This document shows, one piece after another, positions 25,481 to 38,699 of a stretch of DNA of 64,000 nt. Source of the stretch: Phoronis australis. Its lineage: Eukaryota; Animalia; Phoronida. The notes beneath the pieces were generated by a model, which had not been told where the DNA came from, made no database searches, and saw nothing but the letters and a program-made list of their open reading frames with translations. The stretch spans positions 182,724 to 246,723 of the forward strand of contig NMRA01000321.1 of NCBI GenBank assembly GCA_002633005.1. The letters run 5' to 3'. Within the stretch, counting starts at the first letter, position 1; each line of letters starts with the position of its first letter. A program made the position numbers and the translations under genes.

Positions 25481-26899
25481 AGAAATTTGAGGTTGAAGTT
25501 ACCTAATAATCACCAAAGAGCTTACTGAACTAATACATGTAAAAACAACAATTTTCCCATTTTTCTGTAAAACAAGTATTATGGCTCCATCAATGTCATT
25601 GTATTGAACGATAACACACTCACATTACATGTTTCACTATTGTAGGCTATAATTGTAAGCATTGAAATGTAAAAAAGTGTAACGTGAAACCTAGTGGCAG
25701 AAATACGAACTAAGTTGGAATGTTACTAGGAGGTTATTCTGGCAATGTGTGGCCACAAATAACACACAACACATGAGACTGGGCAAAATTTGTGCCTCAA
25801 TGACTGATCCATTGACCAGTGGTGTAAAACGTAGCTTGTTTGCATAATACACCAGAAGTATGTTATACAAAAACAATATAGTTGAATGATCTCTGCGAAT
25901 GTGCGCACAGACAACAAAAATAATAAATAATTATGACAGCGTTTAGGAAGCAGTATGAAACAAATACATAGAAATGATCAAACTATGTAGTTTCTATGAC
26001 TAATTCAACAAATAAAATTCATAGTTGATGCGACTGAAAGTAAGTCAGCTGATATACCAGTTAAGTGATTGAAATTCAATTTTTTTAATCAGATGCTCAT
26101 ACTCTAGTAAATCGATTTAAACTTAATGTATTTAAATGGACAAGGGCATCCCCTGTCCTCGATTTACGGGGGGACGCTGGCCAGTTAGGCACTTCAATTT
26201 AATTACCATTGCTGCCACCTAAGTAATTAAAGTTGACGAAAAATTGAGAGGAGGTCCCACTTGTCCAAGTATTACGGCAGGGGATGACGGCCACTTGGGC
26301 ATCTTGATTGCAAGCATCACCTCTATTTAACCTTTTCATAAAATTTTGACTTAAAGTTCTTTAAATCACACACACAGTATAACGCCTTCTTATCCCTTGG
26401 CGCAAACAGTTTTGGTTTGGGCAAATGAAGGACGGAGTGTTCGAAAAACAGGATTGCAGGAGTATTTCTTTAAACTGGGAACAAATAAAAACATTAAGAG
26501 CCTCCTAAGTCATTGATCCTCTATGCAAAAGAGGTACTTCTAAACTTATAGCAACATGACTGATGGTTTAATCAGTGTGATGTATAATTTGCCAAAAAGC
26601 ATCCGGCACATGGAGGACCCATGGTATGATTGCAATCTCTACTGGGCCAGCGGTACTGTCTAAGGCCTGGGCAGCCACGGTCTGAACAAATTAGAAAACA
26701 TTACTGATGATAATACTGAACACACTTGGAAAACACGGAAATGTAAATCGCAAAAACACGTACCTGTTTTTCAAACCTATAAAGTTGTTACTTCTTTCTC
26801 TTTTTGGAAATGTGCTTGATAATATACTTTTCATTCTCACAAATAATGTACTCATGTATCAGAATGTTCCTATCATGTTCAGGTTAATTTGGTGTTTCA

Positions 26900-27433
26900 G
26901 ATTTCGCAAGTATAATTGATTATCTGGGAATTCTTGGATAGCATCTGTGTCACTTTCACCAGCTTCAGCTTTACTGCTTACTGCTGGTATCTTGAATTGT
27001 TGCTATGCGTTTCTATGTCTTTTCAATTTTTGATCCAATACTTGGTTTTCTACAGCCCAGCCACAGGACATGTACTTGTAAGATAGGCCAGTTGGGCAAT
27101 GCAGTTGTTTTCTGCACAAACGTTTGTGACAACTCTTCGTTTTTTCGATCTACTAACCCACAGAGTTCCACAGTCCACCAGCTTTCGCCAGGATGCCTCT
27201 CAAAGCTTCTTCAAGTTCTGGTTCTCACGATGTTGTGCTGTTTGATAAACCTTGAATTATACAGGCATCACACTCCCTGGGAGCTGCCATATTGATTTTA
27301 CAAAGCACAGTACGATTTGGCTCTCTGATTGGTCAATTTAATAGAAAAGTGAAACCAAGTGACAGGAATGTGCACAATATTTATTGCAACAAAAACACCT
27401 TTTTTAATAAAAATGTGCAAGTGTAGACGTGGC
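26900..27433 (-). mobile_element. PIF/Harbinger-like fragment with a decayed Myb/SANT-like ORF, inserted between LINE ORF1 and ORF2
   Basis: Terminus-like gtgtagacgtggca at 27421-27434. Minus-strand fragments from the ATG near 27290 include E.ELEEALRGILA..GGLW and QVLDQKLKRHRNA*QQFK..G..EFP. The other end was not found. Confidence 0.4.
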
Positions 27434-27498
27434 ATTTGATTTATAGGTTGTTATCTAGCCACATAGAAAGAACTAGGTTGCCCTCCAAAGTACTATGA

Positions 27499-29400
27499 GA
27501 TCTGACCCACCGCCTAATTGGTATGTGCCTACTTTTAGCTGGCGATGTTGAAGAAAATCCTGGGCCTCAAAGACAATACTACCTTTAATATCTTATTTTG
27601 AAATATTAATAGCATCAAATCCACCAGCTTCTCCAGATTCGATCTTTTAAAAAACTGTGTTCTGTCTAACGATTATATGATTGTCGCTCTTTGTGAAACT
27701 TGTAATTTTACCGAAGACGATTTTGATAATGAACTAATCATTCCTGGTTACATTGTAGTCTATCACAGTAACAGTGGCAGTGGCATCATCATAATTACTA
27801 AAAATACACTCACATTTAAATTGTGTCCTAACTTAACCTGTTCTCAGTTATGCAACTGCTGGATCGAAATTTATTTTGGTAACAGAAAAAATACTATGCC
27901 TTGTTTTATCGATAACCTTCTCAGTCACCAACTGAAAGAAAACACAACTTCAAAGCCCTAGCTGATCAGTTAGCGGAAAGTAACAAATTGTGATTTTAAT
28001 GTCCAAAACTCTACATGGTATCATGATGGCCATGACAATACGGCTACAATATGACTACAATTGTTTGACATCTTATTGTCTAATGACTGCATACAGCTCA
28101 TTAATGAAATACATTTTTCAGCTTGGTATATACCCGTGTTCTTGGAAACATGGAATCATGGTCCCTAGACAAAAAAGACTCCAAAACTGAAATTTCAAAT
28201 TATCGCCCAAAAAGTTCACTTAACACCCTATCCAAAATCTTCAAGAAGATCATTTCTTAACCTATTCTTACATTTCTCAAACAAAACAATTTTATCTATC
28301 ATCGTCAATTTGTTTTTTTTTGCGTGGGAGCAGCACCGTGGCGCAACTTGTTGAAATAGCACATGAGATTCAATTACGTTTTGAGAAGGGTGAAAGTGTC
28401 TGGTCCATTTTTCTAGATGTAATATCTGCTTTCGAATGTGTCCCTCACGACCTTCTACCCCACAAACTTCGATCCTATGGCATTACTGGGAATCTTTTAA
28501 ACGTGATCACCTCATTTCTCTCAGGTCGTGCATACAGTGTTCGTGTGGTCTGTGTTCTTTCAACTTCACCCCTTCATGGTTTTGTAAACGCACAGGTGTA
28601 CCGCAGTGTAGCGTATTGGGCTTTCTTCTCTTCTTGCTCTATATTAATTACCTTCCAGATAACATGTCATGTAGCGCGTACCTTTATGTGGATGACACGG
28701 CGCTTTTTTACCCCTTGGAAGGGAGCAGCCCTGAAAGTTCTTTGCAGCTTCAATACGACTTGAACAAACTCAGCTATTGACCACAAGAATGGAGAATGAA
28801 TTTTACACAGAAAAAAATCTGTGAATGCTATCTTACTTGTTGACAAGTCATATGACCTTAAAGTTAATGACGAAGTCATTCCTAGAAAACAGTCGCACAG
28901 ACATCTTAGTATACTGTTAGATGAAAAACTCTCATTCACACATCACGTTCGGGAGCTCGTACAAAAATCTCAGAAACTAATTAACCCACTTAAGCTTGTT
29001 TATGGTCATCTGAATTCTACACATTTAGAAGTTCTTTTCAAATCCTTTACACTCCCACATGTCGATTGGTGTGATCTTATATTATTCTACCAGTCTGCCA
29101 ATACTGGTGCACTCCAGCATTTGGAAAAATTACAGTATCAAGCTGCCTTACTCATAACTGGAGCGTAAAGGGGATCCAGTAGTGTTAAGGTTTTGTATAG
29201 TCTCAAGAGGCCCAAACTGTCTACTCGACGCAACCTTCACATGACCACATTTACTTTCAAAGTAATAAACAACGTCGACAACGCCTCTGTCAAAAAATTA
29301 TTTGATCTATATACGAAATAAAGCCATGCTTATGGTTTGATATCCTCCGCTCCATATGCAATTCCTCCGTCGTTCAGTCAGGCATTCAGAAGGTCTGTTG
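27499..29400 (+). pseudogene. LINE ORF2 remnant (AP endonuclease plus reverse transcriptase; CR1/L2 group), internally deleted
   Basis: APE motifs FNILF*NINSIK, IVALCET and ELIIPGY. RT motifs IFLDVISAFECVPH, GVPQCSVLG.LLFLLYIN and YVDDTALF. Many stops and frameshifts. Confidence 0.9.
27523..27567 (+). other. 2A-like (StopGo) ribosome-skipping peptide at the LINE ORF2 N-terminus
   Basis: Translates MCLLLAGDVEENPGP, a perfect GD(V/I)ExNPGP motif with an upstream leucine run. Confidence 0.9.
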
Positions 29401-30859
29401 TGCATCTACAACCGGAATTCTCTTCTTGTTTTTGTTAAGGAAAGCAACTCTTTTATGAGTATAAACATAAATTTAGAACTGCTTTTCATAATTTTGATAA
29501 CCCAACAACCCTGACTCAATTCTCCCTTCCCCACGAAAACAAAATAGCATTGTACATTGTCTTTTCCTCAACTCCAACAAGTTTAGGCACAACTTTAGTA
29601 ATGACTCTCAATTAATTCCTCCCAAACAACGTTGGCAAATTTTTATGTATCGGTTATAAATATTATTGCTTCTGATTTCCATACATGTATCTGTACATGT
29701 TTTTGTTTTTTATTTGTTCATATTAGCATATATGCATATTGGAATACTTATGTTAGATATTACTTAAATGTATATACCTCTATGTATATTACTTTTACAA
29801 CCCAGATACAATGCTTCGCGATTTCTTGGTTTGTAATTATGTTTTTGTATGTTCTGTTTATTGTTCAATAATTATATATCACCTTAAAAATCTGACTGGT
29901 CAATACCCTGCCCTGGCCCACTAACTCAAAATCTTGGAAATGTCCCTGAGTCCAGTGCTTGAAACAAAAACAGAACAGCTGTTTAATATGTTAAAGAACA
30001 TTTCAAAATTGCGTTACTCGTTTATATATGTATGTGTTTTAGTTTTTTTAAATATGTAGTGTGGCATGAAATAGTTGTTTTTTATTATTCTACCCTAGGT
30101 TTTCATTATTTCAAATATACATACTACAGCTCTGATCATGCTATTTTGAACCTGAAGTACATCTCTTCATTGATTGGATTAAGTTTTCTTTCCTTGTCTC
30201 CTATTCACGAATTCGCCGTTAGTACTTGAAAACGAGGAGTTATGTCCTAACTACAATGGTTCTACATGTTTGTAACCCGCATACTTTCACGTTTGTATTC
30301 CTTTGTGTTTAGCATACATGTACCTTCCGGTGAAGCTAAATCCCCCATTTTTGAAACGTACCCCTATTGTCTAACTCAGAAATCATATTGGTAATCATTT
30401 CAGTTCAAGCAACTCCTTGATTGGTCAGTTTATTATTTGGCAAGCAATCTGATTGATCTACTGTATTTACCTCTTTGCTAGTTAGTTCATGTTCTCACTG
30501 TCACTGCCAGAAGTTCTTAATACAGGTACATCAGTCACTGTGATATCTCGAACCACTTTGAATTTTTCGATGTAACCCACAATCTGAAAAAATGTCATAT
30601 ACAACATCGAACATTAATGGCATTTCATCATGGAAAGACGATATTCGTGTGTGGTCAAATAGTATGTATGGTAACATTTAAACTGTTTGGTAGAATCGAA
30701 AGCAGTTGAGGACAATCGTTGAAAATTTTAGAAGTTTGAAATCATTCAATTATTCACAGATGTTGCGTTGAAAAGATTTTACGCTATAATTTGTAAAAGG
30801 ACATTGCCTATTAAGCGTAATCTCATGACATCAACAATGAGTGGAACTCGGTCTGCATA

Positions 30860-31100
30860 TTAAAAGCATTTGGTAAAATATTGTCTTGCAATTGGAAATG
30901 TATGGCCGGTTCATCAAAGACATGCAGTCACATTGGTGCTGTTTGGTGGAAAATTGAATACACTGTCGGAATGGGAATGGCGGGAACTAGCTGCACAGAC
31001 TTGTTAGCAAATTGGAATAAAGGAATCAAGCGGAATATTGAGGCAAAAATTCCTAGTAAAATAGCTTTCACAAACCCAATCTTACACCACAATATCGTTG
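30860..31100 (+). pseudogene. SWIM zinc-finger remnant of the kind found in ISL2EU-type accessory exonuclease proteins
   Basis: CNWKCMAGSSKTCSHIGAVWWKIE..SCTD..W fits CxCxAG..TCSHxxA..SCT..W. Confidence 0.6.
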
Positions 31101-31234
31101 AAGATTGTGATAATGCCAGTGCTAGAAGGGATGTGCCTATGTTTTCATCTCAACAGACTTTCCAAGAATATTGTAATAAGTCGTGCTGGCTTCCCTTATA
31201 CAGTTAAAAGGGACATTTATTGATAAACTATTCA

Positions 31235-31340
31235 ATAGAAAGCCATTTTATTTCCAACTACGTATTCCCCATTTAAACTTCCATCAGGGCTTGCTGCTAA
31301 CACGCTTTCTGAAGAATGAACTGAGAGCGCACCGTGTGTA
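31235..31340 (-). pseudogene. YqaJ/lambda-exonuclease-like fragment
   Basis: GALSVHSSESVLAASPDG, followed after a frameshift by LEIK. Confidence 0.55.
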
Positions 31341-31722
31341 GTAATGAATGACATACTGAGGCAGTCCAATTCTTTCCTTTCGTTCAGACTCTCACACCGT
31401 GTGAGCTGTCGAGGCAGTAATTGACCTAAATCGCAAGCTCCGCCCCATTGCGTAATGTCGACTAACAAACAATAAGTTTTACCCAGCAAAGTAAGGTTTG
31501 TCGAGTAAAGTGGCGGCTTGGAAACGAAGGTGTGTCACTAATGCTGCGTTCTAAATGGTCAGTTATAGACCGGGATCCCAGAGCTTTTTTGGGAATGAAA
31601 AGGTGACCAGTTTTGTTTGGTACCACAGTGGCCTCTGGGTATCCTCATGCTTGGAAATGGCCGTCTGGCAGGTTTGCTCTGGTGGGTGGGGTCAGGGGAG
31701 CCAAGAGAATGCAACTCAAAAC

Positions 31723-32420
31723 TTGAGCTAGATCAACTTTTCTGGTAACCACTTTAAACTGCCTTGGATACCTCCTACGTAATCCAACGTATCAAAATTT
31801 GTCACTGCCAGACAATTTCAGTGATGGGAATTTTCAGCCAAACGGTTATAAACAAGATAAAAAATTGAGCTAAACCAATCCAAGAAGTAACCAATTGAAA
31901 CCAGTTGCAAAATATTCACCCTGGGACCAGGTATCACGAATGGACACTGCCAGACAAATCTAGTGGTGGGTTAACCCTTTCAGATACGCCCAAATACCCG
32001 AGTTGAGCTAGATGAACCCACAAGGTAACCGTTTGAAACCAAGTGCACGATATTCAGCATCACTATACATGACACAACAGTTTGATGCCAAACAATTTTA
32101 GTGGTGGAATGTCCTGGCAGACGATTATCAACAAGAATTAAAAATTGAGCTACATCAACCCAAGAGGTAACCGGTTTAAACCAGTTGCAAAATATTCACC
32201 CTGAGCCCAGGTATCACGAATAAACTCTGCCAGATAAATCTAGCGGTGGGTTAGCCCCACCGGACACGCCCAAATACCTGAGTTGAGCTAGATCAACCCA
32301 TTAGGTAACCGTTTGAAAACAATTTCACGAAGTTCAGCATCACTGCACTTGGCACAAAAGTCAGATGCCAAACAATTTCAGCGGTGTGGTGCCCCGTCAG
32401 ACAAATTATAAGGAGCCGAA
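31723..32420 (+). repeat. ~140-bp tandem array with alternating A/B units
   Basis: ttgagcta anchors at about 31723, 31865, 32003, 32144 and 32283; alternate units are more similar to each other than neighbours are. Confidence 0.9.
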
Positions 32421-33504
32421 ACAAAATTGATTATAAGACCATTCACGCTGAATAAGCGTCACATTGGGATTGGGTAACCAGGCACTTCGATCTTTAATAA
32501 GGCCAGTGAGTCCGTACGACATAAGTCACCACATAAGATCAGAGATTTTTGTCCGCAAGTTTACGTCAGGTCATGAAAACAAGAAACATCGCTATATCAA
32601 CATTTCCCCGACAATGCTCGATGCATTTTTGCCCTGAACCGTCCAAACAATGGAAGAAGGGTAACATTTTGGGAATAACGAGTCCAGTTAATTTTCAGTT
32701 TAGTTAGATTGACAATCATTTCACTTTCACACAGATATGCGGACAATGGAACTGTTCGCTTTCTGTATTCTCAGTCATCGAGGCGATGGCCTCGGTCATC
32801 CACATTGGGGAAGGCAGTATCCAACTACTACATGTATGTATAATCTTTTTGGAAATCATGGCTGATTTGCAGTTGAATCAAATAATGATTCTAGTTTATG
32901 TTTCACTATTTTACTTTATTATTAACAGTAACATCCAGGAGGGTTCGGGGGCTTCAACCGAACCCCTCGTCCGCTGAAAAAGTCCAGTCCCAGCATATTC
33001 GTTAAACAGAGGATTCAAATGAACAACAAAAATAAAACTGTTGCAGCTACTGGTGCTACTAAGTACAATGGCAACTAAATTGGTAATAAATTTGAATTTG
33101 CTTCTGATTCAAAGCGCTTCACGTGGCATCGGGCCGTACTCGGCCACATTCGTCTGAGTGTCGCTGTTTGTGTAGATGACAAGGTCGTGCATACGATAAG
33201 AGGAGGCTTTATGTTATTCATAAACTATGCTCGTGGTGGCTACACCAAAGGGTAAAAAGGGAGTCTAGAAATGAATGTCTATAATCAAGCATGAAAGTCT
33301 AGCCCTACGACCTACATGTAAGTAAGCTACATGTACATAACAAAGAGAGAGCTCCCAAAAATGGTGTGGCGTGAATGCCTTAACCTCGGCCAAGAAACCA
33401 AACAGAAGAAAACTGCTATTTTGGTTTAATTGCAAGCGTATCATGGTAGAAGTGTAGGCGTTTTCAAATTTTGAATTGAACTGTGATCGGCATATACTGT
33501 ATGT

Positions 33505-33842
33505 TAGATTGGTCTAGCTCAACTCAGGTACTTGGGCGTGTCTGGCGGAGATAACCCACCGCTAGACTTGTCTGGCTGTGTTTTTCTTAATATCTGGGCT
33601 TACGACGAATATTTTGCAACTGGTTTCATGCGGTTACCGCTTGGGTTGATCTAGCTCAACTCAGGTATTTGGGCGTGTCTGGCGGGGCTAACCCACCACT
33701 AGATTTGTCTGTGCGTATTCGTGATACCTGGGCTTACGGTGAATATTTTGCAACTGGTTTTGAGCGGTTACCTTTTGGGTTGATCTAGCTCAGTTTTAAC
33801 CCTTTTTGATAATCGTCTGGCAGGGTCACACCACCACTGAAA
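33505..33842 (-). repeat. Inverted copy of the ~140-bp array (about 2.5 units)
   Basis: tagctca anchors at about 33515, 33652 and 33786. Confidence 0.88.
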
Positions 33843-33843
33843 T

Positions 33844-36800
33844 GGGGCTATTCGGAGAGTTCTCCTCGCGGTGTCGCTGCTGTACTAGTGGTGATTGAAT
33901 TGCGCATGTGTCGCTGTCTGCATGTAAACAGCTGCTAAAAGAGACGGATTTTTATCAAAATACGTCGTCGTGCTAAGCCTTATTATTGCTATTTTCCCTG
34001 ATGCAAGACTTCGACAGGTGGTCACAAATTCCCCAAAGACGTAAGATTACTACATTCGTGGAGAATTGCGGTCAAAAGGGTCAACCAACTGAGAAAAAGT
34101 GTGGGGATGACGAAGCCCCATTGAGAGACTACATAACGTTACTTAGTAAGTTTTCAGCAATCAAGTTTCTAACGACATCGTTCGGTGATGTTATTCCCAC
34201 CAGTTACGCCACTGAATAACGGATTTATTGAATGAAAATAAGTGTTTCTTTTCGGGAACTCACCCGGTACTCGGATGCCGAGTACGCTAGCAGCACATGT
34301 TTACATAATGTCCTGGGTGGGAATGCGCTCAATATAAGAGGTGTATGGTACGTGAAGAAGTCAGGGGTGACTTTTTCACAGCAGTTTCTCTTCAGAGCTA
34401 TGCTGTGTCCAATAAAATTATCTAGAAGAGTGAGTTCCCTTATTTTATAGCAGACCCCATCCCCAAGACTACCAGATTAGTTACCGAATTAAAGGAGCAT
34501 GCCACCCAAAAAACAACCTAATTTGTATCAATTTATATGGAGTAGTTCTACTCCATAACGACACCTACGGTTGCGTTACCTGACACCTGACGGCAGACGG
34601 AGGTGTTGAAATTATCCAATGACGCCATCGGCTTCACACGCAGTTTGTTCAGCAGTTCGCAACACGGGTTACTGGTGTCAGCTTATCGCTTGAAGTCATC
34701 GTTTAACGGCAATAAATCATCAAACTTCGATGTAAAACCCTTAAAAATACACCGAGTTTTTTTAAAAACTTGTTGTTTTATTTCGCTCTTACGGCTTTAT
34801 TGGTATTTGGACATTCCGTAGCCTACAAAGTTTGGCAGGCCAATAAGGTCCGTAGCAGGAATTTGGGGTCTGTTCGGAGATAATTTCGAAGTATTTTCCG
34901 TGAGATACAGACAGGAGAACACAGATCTGGGTTGTTTAGACTTGTAATGTTTTGATTTCTAAACACAAAACGCTTGTTATCCTGGCCAGTGGCTCGGAGC
35001 CCGATCAGGCCCGTCGCGGCCGGCCGGATTGACTCGTTATCCCGGCCAGTGGCTCGGAAACTGATCAGACATCACGAACATAAACCAGCCAAAGTTCATT
35101 GAAAACTAAACTTCCAGACAAGAAAATACTATACTAGTGAGCCAAAGTGATGTGCACCTGATTATGTTGGCGAATTAGGTACGAAACTGCAAATCTACTT
35201 ACTCGTCGGGGGCCACGAATTCAGGCTCCGCTTTGGCCACATCACCGTCAGGGCAGAAGTTGTACATTGACAATCATTATTTGAGTAATGTAAAAGGAAA
35301 TAAAGGTTCCCCTAACACCTAGCCATGGGATGGAAATCGAGTTGTTTCACAACTGTTTAAGCCAGCAAACACTAAATTAGCATGAGGTCACACGGCCTTG
35401 GTTTCCCGTCAATTAGTTTTATTGTACCAGAAGCCGGTAACGCAGTGATTTATCCATTGCTGGCTTCTGAAATAATTTGCACTCACGAACACTCCAAAGG
35501 CATTACAAATTGCATCTAATGAGACAGACTTTGCTTCATTTTTGTATAAATACATGTATTGGTCAGGGTGAGAATACTTCATTTTGAAACAGAACGCTCA
35601 GTAATAAACGTCAACATGGCAACTCGCAATCCCCGGACTTAGGACGAGCTAGAGCTCATCAGTCCCTACATCGCTGGTGGATCGTTAAGTTTTACAAGCT
35701 ATCAATTCGAACATGAATACATTGATGAAGAAATACTAGAAATCCGCCGTGAACAAGCTCAGACAACGGAACGTATGGAGTTATTTGATAAGCCGGCATT
35801 CGTCAGGCACTGTCGACGTCTGCAGGCCACAGACACGGAGATGTTTCACGGCCTCATACTTGCTATTTACAGCGTGAATTTCATTCTTCACTACCATGAG
35901 CCACTTCCTAAGCATTTCGGACTTTCGAGGAAGTAAAAAAACGATATACCCGCTTTTCTCGCAGCTGCTTAGTTCGGACAAGCGGGAACACTGCATCATA
36001 GCGGCATTCACTCTGCATATGAACCACTGACGTCGCTAGCGTCGTTTCTCACCTTCCTCACAGGTTAACGCGACACCTCTTGGCAAGGTATGGTCGACCG
36101 TATGCGAGGCGAAGTGGATATAGACCGATTAAGACGGCAAAAAAGACTAATTCAATCGGGTGGCATTCTCCTTTAACATGAATAAGCTATTCAGTAAACG
36201 TCGTAACATTGTATTGGAATAAAAATTGTCACCTGGAATGAATTTTACTTGAGGTCAGAAGCACATTTTTGGTGTCGTGAAAAATGCACATTGTTAAATC
36301 ACTTTTAGCCTGTTTCACATATTTTAATTCAGATCTTAAACAAGACATGGGTACAAAGGTTATTAATTTCTACATATAAACATGAAGATGAAACGTCAAG
36401 TATGTTCTGCCTGACTAAAGTAGTTTTGTCTTGTCTTTTCTTTTATACTTTGCTAGTATTTCTCTGACTATTCTGTTACAGGTGAGAGAAAACTATTGAA
36501 ACCATCCAGCTGTCCGTCTATTTCACCTTTGGACACATTGAAAAGCAATCCTTCATCAATAACTTGAGAGAATTGAATGTTATTCAGAAATTCATCACCT
36601 GATATGCCTGATTATGGACTCCCTCGTAATGTTGTTTCTTTCTGTGCTTTTTCAGTTTGCCATTTGTTTTTAAATACGCTGATAATTGTTTATTCTTGAA
36701 TCTTGTGCATAGCAGATTATTATCCAGCTAGCTTCAATTGAAAACATAATTTTCTTGCACCTGGAACTTTTGTTGCGGACAAGTTAACACAAAACTTAAA

Positions 36801-37710
36801 ATTGTTCAAAGGCCTTCATAAGAAAGCTCTAAAAATAATTACACACACAAACAAATCAAAATAATGCAAACAAATGGAATACTTCATTTTGATCGCTGCA
36901 CGTTTTTAGAGGTCAACAGGAAACTGACAATTCGCAAGCGTAATCGGTAATCATTACAGCTTTATAAAGAATAAGCACAACTGTACTGTGTGGGGCGTTA
37001 AAACTGAGGAAATATTGTGGTTTCAATAAGTAGTGACAAAATTGCCGGTTCATGAAAAAAATATTCGATCACCAAAGTGTAACATTAACGGGCTTTCTAC
37101 TGACAATCGATGGAGTCACTGAATATCATTTCCCATAATTTGTACCAAATTGAAAAGTTTTTACCACTACTATAATACCTTTCTTATGAAAGGAAAAAGT
37201 TACTCAGTGAGAAAGGAAAGGTATTTATACCAGATGCTTTTGGTTTTCATTTCACTGGGATCTAGTTTCAATGGCCTATAGAAGAGCTTGTAAAAAGGTC
37301 CAGTTTCGGCACCTGGCTTTCCTTCATGTAACCTGTTTCAGTCTCAATAACATCTACAATTAGATCCTTAAAGGTAAACACAACAGCATGTCACTTGATT
37401 CGTTTTGTGCCTAAAATCTGACCCTGAACTAGACTAGAGTGTCACTAGGTCTTCTTAGCTTCAATCCATCATGTTTCTTCCAGGAAAGAAAATAAGCTAT
37501 TGTCCGCACATGACTTATTGCCTATGAAAGGGCATCCTCACCAACGAGGCCGACTTGTGTAGCAGTCAAATATAGTTCCTCTTCATACACCAACAATCCA
37601 CTGGCACGTTGTCTTATGGCACCTTCGTACTGCGATTCACATTTCTCCAGAGCCACTGAATTTTACAGTGTGCCAAGCAGCACTGCTGGTGTGTGGAAAT
37701 GCTGCGGGAA
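33844..37710. mobile_element. Decayed THAP plus YqaJ element (ISL2EU-like), nested in the Academ-like element
   Basis: Plus-strand THAP start YYCYFP*CKTSTGGHKFPKDVRLLHSWRIAVKR (33981-34080) and THAP end ttacag|GERKLLKPSSCPSI (from 36482). Convergent minus-strand YqaJ pieces SGLLVYEEELYLTATQVGLVGED (~37530-37705) and AVVFTFKDLIVDVIE..PKLDLF (~37290-37420). The right end was not found. Confidence 0.55.
34493..36172. mobile_element. Non-autonomous Kolobok transposon, copy 2
   Basis: TTAA at 34489-92 and 36173-76; AGGAG..CTCCT termini; colinear with 14764-16425. Confidence 0.87.
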
Positions 37711-37813
37711 AAGAAAGGAGAAACAAAGCTTATCTATGTTGCGGCTTGAAGTGGCCTTAAAATATCACTGAACCTCGAACAAATATTGAATTAATATGAA
37801 TAATTAAGTACTA

Positions 37814-37900
37814 CAGGTTGGGTCAAAAATGGTACCCCTGTTTTTCAAAAATATGATATGTTGACTGCTCTACAATTTCACACAAAATTGAATAATTACT
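37814..37900 (+). mobile_element. Tc1/mariner-like terminal fragment
   Basis: TA followed by caggttgggtcaaaaat..cccc, a typical CAGG.TG start; no partner end found. Confidence 0.3.
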
Positions 37901-38699
37901 ATTTTCAGAAACCAAGGGTGTATATAATAAGTACTGTATAAAACTGCGTCATTATTTTTCATTCGTAGCCATAACAATTCTTTAAACGCATCCCTTGTCT
38001 GCAAAATATACAAGGTTTTTGAGACAACTTCAAACCTTTGTTACCCATTTTCAAGTCTTTTATCGTTGATACTTTCAGCAAGTTTAAACTCTGATTACAG
38101 ATTCATGGGTCAGTCAAACATACTTCTAGTCCAAGGCTGAGGGAACCGTTTCTGAGACTTTATTTTTCTTCTAATAGAAGATATGAAGACTTGGGTCATT
38201 TAAAAATGATGGATAAATGGATAATATTAATCTTTCTGTTGTTTAAGAGTAATTACAAATCATAAGGCGCCTTCAAAAATGCAATTTTCACAAAAAATGG
38301 CAGTCTTTTGAATTGATAAACGACTTGCAACATTTCAAGGCATGAGTTAAGACTATGGCAGTCACGGAGAATTCAGAAAATGTATTATGTTTTTATGAGT
38401 TTACAATTGAAATAAACTTGAAGGAACTTCATGAAGGTTGAGAAAAGTTGATCTAGCTCAAATTTTGAGTGTCATTCTCTTGGCTCCCATGACCATACCC
38501 ACCATAGCGAACCTGCCAGACGGCCATTTCATAGCATGAGGATACCCATAGACCACTGTGGTATCAAAGAAAATTGGTTATCTTTTCATGCCCAAAAAGC
38601 TCTGGGATCCCGTTCTATTAAGTCGCCACTCAAAATACTGGCGTACATGTAGGTCAATTGTTTTACCACGCTTTTGATGTTCGGTCGTCGTGCTGTACG

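Larger units (their letters stand above)
31566..38617. mobile_element. Academ-like element with long TIRs and subterminal ~140-bp arrays, containing nested insertions
   Basis: 31566-31743 is the inverted copy of 38441-38617. Termini are TAG..CTA, with 3-bp TTA on both sides (31563-65, 38618-20). No Academ ORF was recognised inside. Confidence 0.7.
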
